Shown here piece by piece: positions 40,204 through 50,200 of a stretch of 64,000 bases of DNA. A program made the translations under genes and the position numbers. The notes under the pieces are model-generated. The model made no database searches. It was not told the origin of the DNA and saw nothing but the letters and a program-made list of their open reading frames with translations. The number at the start of each line of letters is the position of its first letter. Position 1 is the first letter of the stretch. Source of the DNA: Blastocladiella emersonii ATCC 22665 (Eukaryota > Fungi > Blastocladiomycota); contig JANHCV010000012.1 of assembly GCA_025594325.1 (NCBI GenBank), positions 1-64,000 on the forward strand, given 5' to 3'.

Positions 40204-42390
40204 TCACTTCAGGATGTGCCTTGGGGAGCCGAGCAGCCAAAGACGGACGGAGGGATCTGCAGCAAGAGCCGCCTGGGCCGCAGTTGTGGGCGGGCACACG
40301 GGCGGGTCTTGTTCACGCCCAGAGGGGTTGGGGGCGTGGGAGTGCATCGAGTGCAAGCACCGCGTGCAGTAGTGGTGTTTGTTGACGAACTTGAGGGTGG
40401 CCCTGTGTTGGCCAAAGGGATGTCGGACGCGTGCGCTCGCCTCGCGGGGCGGAGCGTCGGAAAAGTTGAGCGGGTCGACCTCGGCGCACCCAGCGGCGTG
40501 AGGGAGCCAGCCGAGTCGCCAGAGGGAGCGCGAGGCCACGGAGGTGATGGCCGCGAGGACGGGCCGGGTGAGGGCGCGGTCGAGTTGGAGGGCCCGCGAG
40601 CCGAACGATACGTCGCGGACGCGTAGAACGCAGCCGGCGAGGCGGGAGAGGGCGTCGGGGTCGCGCCAAATGGAGGCCGCGAGCCGGGCGCCAAAGTTGT
40701 GGAGGGCGTCGGTTGCGCCAGCAATGGACTCGCCGACCATGGTGTAGCCGGGCGTGCTGAGGTCCTCGCCTTGGACAGGAGAGAGAGGCGGTGGTGGTGC
40801 AGGTGGAGGTGGAGGTGGAGTGGGCGCATTCTGTGCTCGTGCAGTGGATGCGGCCGCGGCAGTAGCGGCGGCGGCGGCGGCGGCAACAGAGGCAGCGGTA
40901 CGGCGAGCATAGCGCTCAATGGACTTTTGAGCAGAGCCCAGCGCGGCGGACACGGCCGCGGCGTTACGGGTGCAGATCATCCAGTGACTTCCGTCGTCAA
41001 TGGCTACTTGGCACCTAGGACACACCGGTGAAGTGACTAGAGTAGGATGGTGGGCGTGCAGCAGTGAGAGAGTGGGTGTGATCCCAAGGAGGTGGCGAAC
41101 GCGATAGACGATGTCGCGGTTCGCAGCGCTGGAGGTGCGCTTATCGAGCGGGCGGGAGCCGGAGCCAATGGCCAGTGAGGTCGCAAGCATGTCAGGGTGC
41201 TCATCGGGGTCAGGGGAGGTGTGGAGGGAAGAGAGGAGGGCGGACTTGGAGCGCAGGGTCGCATCGCAGCGTGCAGTGGACAGGATCTTGAGGAATGCAG
41301 TGGAGGATGTGGGAACGGGGACGTCATCAAAATACAGCGCATGCTGAACATCTAACCGGATCTGTTTGGCGAAAGGGGGAGCGAGGACGAGCTCTTGGGC
41401 CAGATTGACCCCGTCAGCGGCGAGCCTGTCAGCGATCTCGTTCCCCTCAACGCCGGCGTGCCCGCGGACCCAGGAGACTGTGAAGGTCACACGGCGGGCA
41501 CGCGCGGCTGCCACTGCAAACGACCATGCGTCGATAGAACTGAGGGAAGGAGGAAAGCCAGAATCAGACGAGGAGGAGGAAAGGAACGATAGGACGCGGA
41601 TGGCCGATGCAATGGCAGCCTGGGAGTCACAGAAGATGTGGATGCGTGAGTGCTGTGGTGCCGGGGCGACCGCAAGCGCGATCGCCCACGCCTCGGCCCG
41701 CGTAGAAGAAGCTACGCCAGGCGAGACGCGCGCTGACAGACGGACGCCAAGCGTCGGGAACCACACGCCCGCTCCAAGGCGGGACGACCCAACCCCGTCC
41801 GCGGCTGGCACCATGGAGCCGTCCGTGAAGACTGGCACCAGCGCGGGATCGAGGTCGAGCGGGCCCGCCTGAGCCGGGACTTGCGTTACGCGGAGGCCAG
41901 AGGTGAAGGCGTCGCGGATGTTGATGGCTGGAGCTTGATGAACTGCTCGATCGTCGTGGCGGGGTCCTGGGTAGGGCTCACGCACGCATCGCATCGCGCG
42001 CGGGCCCCACTGTCGTTGAGCTTGAGTGTCGTTGACGTAAACTTGGAGGAGCTGAGCTGCGAGGTTGATGAAGCTTGTGCGATCCGGAACGTCCTTGCGA
42101 CCCTTGGTTGCTGGATTGTCGCGGCCAGAAAGCATGAGTTCTGCAAACCGAAAGTCGATGCCGTCTGAGAGTGAGCGGGACTCGATCAACTGCGACACGC
42201 GCGATATGAAGTAGCCGCGCATGGCTCGGCGGACAGTGAGCGGGAGCGCGCCCCACGGGACAAGCTGGCGGATCGGCAAGTCTGTGGCGGGGTTGCCGAT
42301 AGTATACTCGCCGCTAAGATCGGCAATCGAGAGGCGCCGGACGCTCATGAAAGTTCGAGCAAGCCGCCAAAGTAGCATGGACTCTCCGCA
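40204..42390 (-). pseudogene. C-terminal part of the element polyprotein: RNase H (about 41400-41840), zf-RVT-like CPRC...H...C knuckle, Ala/Pro-rich linker, terminal CTRC...H...C motif
   Basis: VFTDGS, STRAEAWAI, IFCDSQAAI and WVRGHAGVEGNEIADRLA carry all RNase H catalytic residues. VCPRCQVAIDDGSHWMIC and HYCTRCLHSMHSH...VC follow. This part is in a different frame from the RT; the switch is near EPTAES(P/M) at about 42380-42440. Confidence 0.85.
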
Positions 42391-44147
42391 GTCGGCTCGC
42401 TGGTTGGGACGGCAAGCGGCGAGAAAAGGACCTTGAGATACGTCTGCAAAGCTGAGAGCGAGCAGCGGACTGCCGTGCGGATCATGATATCGCAGTGGTT
42501 GAGAGAAGAGATGACCGCCTTCATGTGGTACCGGGTGACCTGCTCCTCGATGGACGCAAGCGCAAGAATCGCGGGATGGTGGAGCGCTGACGCGTGGAAG
42601 GCGCTCGCGACATGCAGCTTCTTGCGAATGAGAGCACGCGCGGACGCGTCCCACTTCTGCAAGCGGCGGAGCTTGGGCACAAAGTTGCGAGAGCGGTACA
42701 CCATGGCAGGCCAGACGACCGCGTTGATGACGTACACGGCCATCTTGGCCGTGATCTTCTTGTTTCGCAGCGAGAGCATCGCGCGCCCGAACGTCTCCTC
42801 CATCGCCTCTACGGCCGGGCCACCCGTGCCCGTCGCGTTGAGGAAGACGCCCAGGTAGCGAAACGCTCCATCGCTCGAAATCCTTGGCACCTCGACGTCG
42901 TTGGACTTGATCAGCGGCTCTCGTTTAGAGTTGATTGACAGCACGGCGCCCTTGGCGGCATTGGAGCGAATGCCGCAGGCCGCGTTGAACGAATCGACGC
43001 GTGCCACGGTGCGGCGGAGGCCGCCTGGCGTGCACGCGAAGAAGGCCGCATCGTCCACGAACGACAGGTTCTTGAGCTTGACGGGTGGGCGGTGCTTGGT
43101 GCCAGGGAAGAGTCGTCTCGGCGGGGTGTAACCAGGCCGAGCGTGCGCGGACTTGAAGGAACCGCGACCTGCATACGGGAGGAGAGGGAAAGCGTCATCT
43201 GCGCCTTTCGAAATATCGTTACAAAGGAGGGGATCGTAGAGACAGGACCACATTAGCGGGGACTCAACGGCGCCCTGGGGCACGACGCGGAGACACGGGA
43301 TCGGTTCGGTGAGCCCATACGCGGTGATCACACGCGATGTGCGACCCTCACGGAATTGCGTGCAGTACAACTCAATGAACGGCTCAGGCAGGCGGATGCG
43401 GCGCAGGGCCAGCCGCAGGATCGAGTGCGGGACCGTGTCGAACGCCTTGCTCTTGTCCTCAAAGTACACGTACATGGCCTTGTCCGAGTCCCGGGCGTGG
43501 TCAATGGCGGACGAGAGGAGCTGGATCGGGACGGCCGTATCTGTCCCGGGCAGAACAGAGTACTTTGCGCCGCGCAGCACGTCATGCTCAACGAGGACGT
43601 GCATCATGCGCGACACGAGGATCTTCATAAACCGCTTCGACGCGGTCTCCATGAGCGTGATGGGCCGCATCGCCGCAGCGGTGCCCGTGTACCCTGCGTC
43701 GGTCTTCGGGATCAGGTAGATGGAGCCCTCGCGCCACTGAGCGGGAGCGACGCCCGTGCGGAGAATGTCGTTGAAGAGCCTCAGCAGGTCGGCACGCGCG
43801 CGCGGGCCCGACTCGCGCAGGAAACGATACGTGATGCCAGACGGGCCGGGCGCCTTGTCAGGATGGACCGCCTTCAGTGCGGCGTCGAGCTCACCCGCCG
43901 AAATAGGGTCCATGAGCGAGCTCCATATGGCCGGGTCAACGTGGTCGAGCGGGGCAAACGCAGCAGCCCACTCCGCTGGAAGCGGCGGGAGGTCAACCCG
44001 GTCGAACCACCCCGCCACCTCCGCGGCCAACCGCCGCTTCACCTCGACGGGGTCCCAGACGGTCGGTTCGTCGTTCGTACCTTGATAGTAATCGATGGTG
44101 GCGTTGACGCGCTTGCGGCCCAGAATCGAGTTGAGCGCCGCGCGCAA
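42345..44147 (-). pseudogene. Reverse transcriptase domain of the non-LTR element (N-terminally truncated, no ATG, frameshifted at its 3' end)
   Basis: Motifs KAPGPSGITYRFL, WREGSIYLIPK, RPITLMET, EDKSKAFDTVPH, VPQGAVESPL, SFVDD and FRYLGVFL occur in canonical order. The track start is TTG and the frame is open further upstream. The usual G before xPQG is V. Confidence 0.85.
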
Positions 44148-44295
44148 GTCACTGTTGAAGAGGCCCTCGCGCCGCTCGCCTGGATCCGACTCTCCACCTT
44201 CTCATTTCAAGTTGGTCTGGAGGGTTTGTGAAACAATCAATCGCAATTTATGTGGTGGGGGCGAGCGAACCACGTGTGAGGATGACCAAGCTTGG

Positions 44296-47200
44296 TCACT
44301 TGCTCCCGCCAAAGAACATGCCAACAAGCTTCTTGATGCCCTTGGACTTCTTCTTCTTCTTGAACGGGAGGTCGAAGGGCGTCGTGTACTTCTGGCTCCA
44401 CAACACAGCCATATCCTGGTATTCGGCAATGAGCTCAGCCGTGCAGGTGAAGCGGCTGAAGTCCATGATCTTGCCAAACTTGTACGCGCAGTACTTCTTG
44501 TACGCGAGCGGGTCCAGAAGATGGCAGCGATGGGCGAGGAGAATGTCGATGGCAGGCACAAGGTTCTTGTAGCGCTCCGAGTCCTTGAGGGACGCCTTGC
44601 GCCGCTCCTCGAGCAGCTGCATGAACTTGGCGTAGCGATCGATGACCGTTTGGGCCGCAACGTTGTCAAACGCGACGCTGCCGTCGCCGCCCTCAACGTG
44701 GTCCGCAATGTCGCGCGACAGCTTTGCCCAGTTGTTCCGAGCGACGATGAGGTCGAGAGAAAGCGGCGTCATGACGTTCTGGTAGTACGAGAGGATCTTG
44801 CCAGTGACAATGTCCGCCTTGCGGCGGAGCTCCTTGGCCTTGCCCGAGTACTCCTTGTCCACGGCGGCCTGGACGTAGTCGTGGAGGATGGCGGCCAGAT
44901 CGAGCTCGGACCACGGGTTGACGACGTCGCGCTCGTTGAGGCGAGCCTCGAGGATCTCGGTCAGGGACTTCTCGTGCGTGAAGAAGAGCAGCTTGTGCAC
45001 CGAGTGCGCGAGCTTGTAGTCGATCTTGCCCTTGGCGAAGTTAAGGAGGGTACCAGCGACGTGGCCCTGGCCCTTCTCGGCCTTACGGAGGTCCTCCACA
45101 AGGCGCCACGCCGAGACGGTGGGCAGCGTGATCCACTTGTCGCACGACTCACAGAAGAGCATGCGGGAACCCGTACGCATCTCTGAGTAGAGCTCCGACT
45201 CCCAAGCCTGGTCGTGGTGGCAGAAGGGGCATGCCAGGGTCCAGGGCGCGGCGACCTGCTCCGCGTCAAGGACAAAGGCCTGACCACTGAACTGGGTCCA
45301 CGACTGGGCGTGGCTTGCGGGAACAAAGTCCTGCCAGGAAGCACCCGAAATCGTCGCGCCCGAGCTGGAAGCGGAGGCGCCAGTCGCTTGGAGGTACACG
45401 TCGACCTTGTCAAGCGGGAAGGCAAAGTGAAGAAGTTTGATGTCGCCGAAAACGCGCACGAGGTCCTCGGAATAGCGGTGCGAGTCCATGATATGGACGA
45501 GCCACATCATAAGCACGTCGAGCGGCGGTAGGGGGAGAGCGTGACCTTCGACGAGCGTGTGTTCCATGAGCGAGAGGTACTGGACGTAGCGCTGCTCCGC
45601 GCGTGCCCAGTAAGCAGCCTCAACCTTTTCGTCATCGAAGCGGAAGTCGGGGCTGTTGAGCAGCACGAGGCACACGCGGTGGAAGAGGACCAGCAGCTCG
45701 GGCTTCATCGTGAACTCGGGGACGGGCTCGACAACCGACGCGGTAGTCGAGCCGCCCAGAGTACCAATCGAGAGTGCACGCGATCTCGGCGAGCCCTGCG
45801 GGCGGAGGAGCACACCGGGCGCCGCATCTTCGGCCGGGACCGGGGGCATGGGGATGCTGGCGACGCCCGTGAGCGATGTACGCTTGGAAACGGGGACAGG
45901 CAGGGCCGGCAGAGGCTCCTCCGACTTGAGCAGCATCAGCGACTGGCCAAAGCGCTGGATCGTCATTGTGCGGTACGCGCCGGGGAACAGGAGGTGCGTG
46001 GCATGGGCGACGTACACCGCTGCGTTGACATCCACCAGCGAGTACATCTCGAAGCTCGAGTCGGTGAAGACCTGGACCGAGAGGCGAGCAAACTGCTGGT
46101 AGAGCGAAGCCGCGGCAGAAGCGTCGAGTTTGCTGGACTCGTTGAGGAACTTGTGCATGCGCGAGCGCCACACGGGGACCTGCGACACGAAATTGATGGA
46201 GAAGGGAGCCAGGCCCCGGTTGATGACGCGAAGCGCCGCCAGGTCGCTCGACTCGGAACAGGTCGGGCAGACGTGCGCCGCTTCGGCGTTGGTCTTGAGA
46301 TCGACGAGGGCTTCCTGCGACACCGAGTGGATGGTGGCACAAGCAGGGCACGACACGAGATACGCGGTGGCGGCCTTGGCGTGGTGGTACAAGTAGGGCT
46401 CGCCGGAGTATGCCTCCCACACCGCCTCGCTCTCCGAGTCAATCTCCTGCTGGAACTTGACCACCTCGCTATGGAGGATTGTGTGGTCGAGGATAGCCTG
46501 GGCGCCGTCATCGCCAAAGAGTAAAACGAGGTCGCTGAGCATGGACTCGTGGTACTGCGCATGGACGTGAATGAGAAGCGCAACGTCGACTGGTGGGATA
46601 AGCGTGGATCGCTTGGTCTCCGCGATCATCGTGAGCCACTTCAGGTAGCGGGACTCGGACCGGACAATGAGAGCGGGGTAATGCGAGGTCTCAATCTGCA
46701 GGAGAACGCGAAGCAGTCGCCAGTGGCGCTCGATCATGGAGCCGGTCACGTCGGCCGCGAGCAGGGGAGCGACGGACGACTTGGAGGCGCCGAGCTCCAC
46801 GCCAGCGGTGTTGCTCACCTGCGTCAGGTCAAGGACGGACCCGGCAGCGAGTGCGGTCGGATCGAGCGAGATGGAGCGGTCGCCGGTGGTGGGCGCGAGG
46901 ACCGAGGCACTGGAAGGCGTTGTCGGGCGGGACGGGAGCATGAGCTCACGCGACAGCGACGGAACGCGCGGCGAAGGCGCCGCCGAGAGGACCGGGGACG
47001 GGAGCGGGGTAGCAGCCACAGACACTGGGCGGCTGTATGCGGCGGCCGCTTTCCCAGCGAGGCGCGGAGCAAAGTAGCTCATCTTGGTACCGAACAGGGC
47101 CCACATGTGCGAGCTGAAGGTCGTCGCGAACTGCGTGTGCACCAAATGGCCGACGAGCACCTCAGGCGTGCTGGGCTGGACCGAGTAGAGGTAAAGCGAG

Positions 47201-50200
47201 CCGTCCTCGGTCTTGATCACGGTTGCCTGCTCGAGCCACTGGAAGTAGTGCGAGACCACGGTCTGGACGTTGATCGTGTGAAGGAACCGGATAACCTCGA
47301 GGAAGGCCTCGACGATCTGGAACGTGCGCACAGCGTAGACCGTGCTGAGGAGCGGCTCGCGGCACACAAGGCACTTCTCCGTGGTCGAGCGAACGGTGAT
47401 AGTCCCATCGCACTTGTTGCAGTGGTAGGTGTTGGAGATCTCAAGCGCCCACTCGGTGCCCGTACTGTGCTCCCAGCGGTGGATGTCGTCCTCCGAGACC
47501 AAAGAGTCGACGTACGAAGCCTCAGCAAAGGTGGCCGGAAGATCGTCGGTAATCTGACCCGTGGCCTTGTGGATCTGGTGGATGACAGCGACATCAGGAG
47601 GAGGCAGGATCGGGTACGGAAGGGCGACCCAGAGCTGGTAGCGCTTGATGGCGTTGAGCGCGAAGATGAGATTACCAAAGCGGAGCTCAAACTCGTTGGC
47701 GAGCCAGTAGGCCTTGAACGACGAAACGTCCTTGAGGGTGATGTACGAAGTCGTAGTAGCCTGCATCGTGTCCAGGTCACGCTGAGCGACCAAAGAATCG
47801 GCAGCCACCTCCTCCTCGGAAAGCGAGACGGTTACGGTTCTGCACACCTCAGCGGAAGCAAGGTCCTCGGTCAGAGCAGCAGCATCCAGAGAGCGGGTGG
47901 CGCCGGTGCCAAACGCGACGACGGCCTTGTCCGCTGTGAGGAAGGAGATGACTCCACCGACGGTGGCTAGCATGTACTCCTCGAACTCAAGGTACTGCGT
48001 CGAGTGGAAGACGTGGGCCATGAGCACGCTCTTGGTGAGTGCAACGAGGGTATACAGCTCAACCGAGCCGTCCTCGCGAGTGAGAATGACAGCCTCGTCA
48101 AGGGCGCGCTGGTACACCACATTGGTCTCGGGGGCGACGACGGCAGCGGCGGCAACGGTTTGAATCTGGACCCAGCGAGCGGCGAGCTGCACCGAAAGAC
48201 GGGTGGAAAGCTCGGCACCAGCGGCAGTGACAGAAGCCGTCGAGGTGTGCGAGGACCACGACCACTGCTGGCGAATGCTGTACGAGATCCACTGAGCGAT
48301 ACGAACAAACGAGCCAGCACCCACGAGCGTCTCGAGGTCCGCGCGGTACTGGGCCCCGAGCGAGGAGTGCAGCACAGCAACCAGCAGAACCGAAGCGGGG
48401 ACATTTGGAAGTGCGGAACCCTCGGGCGCGGTAGCAACATCAAGGAGATACGCCACGTAATCGGAAGTCCAAGCGTCGGACCAGGTGTACGACTGAGCAG
48501 CGTCAACCAGGGTGGACTGCAGGGCCGAAATGGCGACCTGGGTCGTGGATGAGTTCTTGGCCGCCTGCGAGCCATCGAGTGCGCGATGCTGAGCGGAAGC
48601 AGGACTCTCCGAGTCCTCCACAACCTCGTCGGTCTGGAGCGGGACCTCGACGAGAACCGAGCGAGTCGCCTCACGCTTGGGCGGAGTCGCGGTATCGCGA
48701 GGTGCGGTCCAAAGGGCCCCGGCGAAACCAAAGCGTGCGAGCGCAAACTCGGTGTACTCGTCCGACTGCGCAAGGTGGCATAGGTGGGCAAGCTTGGCGG
48801 CGGCCGTAAGCGGCGTGAGCGTGTATAGGTAAGTCTCGCCCGACGGCGAAGAAATCGCGACGGCGTCATCAAGGGAGCGCTGGTACTCGACGTGGGCCAC
48901 GGCAACCTCGGCCGCAGTCACGGAGGCAAAGATCTGCTGCATAAAAGCGAGCTGGGCGTTGAGAGCGGCCGAAAGCGCCTTGGCGTCAAAGTTCTGACCG
49001 GCCGACTCGATCACGCGAAGGTCCACGGCGTACTGGCCCAGCATGGTCGAGTGAAGCAACGAAATGGTTTGCAGCTGCGTATCCGCCGTGTGCGCGCGGA
49101 CGGCCGCGATGTAGGACTGAACCTCGGCAACCGAGATGGTCGACGTCGCCGAGACCAGATGGTGGGCGTAGTCATAGAAGCTCCGGACCTGATCCGCCGT
49201 GACAATGGTCTGGATCGAGGAAATCGCCACACCGTTGTTGCTCATCGGCACGGCGGCCGAGGACAGCGACACGATGTCGTCCGTGACCTGCAGCGTGACC
49301 TGCTGGTGGGTCTCAGGGGCCGCGACGGCAGCGGAGATGTTTGCGGCACCAAGCTCACGGGTGAGGGTCGAGCTGCCGCTCGCAAGGCGGGAAGCAGCGG
49401 AGACATCGGCGAAGAGGGTGCCGACATGACCGTAGTGCTCGTTGCAGTACGCAGTATAGGTCTCGCCGCCGAGGATGTGCACAATGTGCGCGAGCCAGTG
49501 GCCGGAAGCAAACTGGAAGCTGTAGAGCTGCTTGGCGCCGTCGTTGGTGGACATGGCGAGCGTGTTCTCCATGACGTGCTCGTACGTGACGTGCGTGCCC
49601 TGCGACGCGGACACATGCGAAAGGCAGGCGCGCTCCAGGAGCCCGACAAGGTAGCCAAGGGAATGAGCGAGCGGGGTGAAGGCGGGGCGCTCGGCGGCAG
49701 CGGGGACGGACAGCGTTGCTGCATGCGGGGCAAAGATGGCAAGGCGCACGCTCTTGGCAGCAGTCGCGCCCGCGGACTCGCTACCAAAGAAGGCCGCGTA
49801 GTCGGTGGCGAGCGACTCGACGAGGAGCATGTGGGCCATGGCAACGATGGCAACGTTGGAGGTCATGGGGACTGGGGCGCCACCACGAAGAGCGTCGAGG
49901 TACGAGGCGTACTCGCAAAGGGCAGCCTCCTTCTGGCCGATGACGGACTTTGCCGCAACGGAAACAAGGTTCGTGACCTGAGCCGCAGTCTCGGGGCAGA
50001 ATAGCGACGAAGCGGCGACGCGGGTGGCGACAGGCTCAGACTCGGCCTCGCTGACGGAGAAGAAGTCCTCGTCGAGCTGGACGCAGACCGGAGCGACAGT
50101 GGCAGCGGTAAGGGCGGCAGCTGGCGCGGCAGCGGATCGGGCGACCGACTCGGCCGCGGCGGGCTCGGGTGCATCGAGCATCGAGGTGACAGCAACGCCG

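Larger units (their letters stand above)
39726..44203 (-). mobile_element. 5'-truncated non-LTR (LINE-like) retrotransposon with RT, RNase H and Cys/His knuckles; ORF1 and APE endonuclease absent
   Basis: Non-LTR RT motifs are followed by an RNase H domain and a CxxC...H...C knuckle. An A-rich tract lies about 60 nt after the stop. Element-like coding sequence begins abruptly about 90 bp downstream of the host gene stop. No LTRs or integrase are seen. Both boundaries are approximate; the 3' end is either about 40077 or about 39726. Confidence 0.85.
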
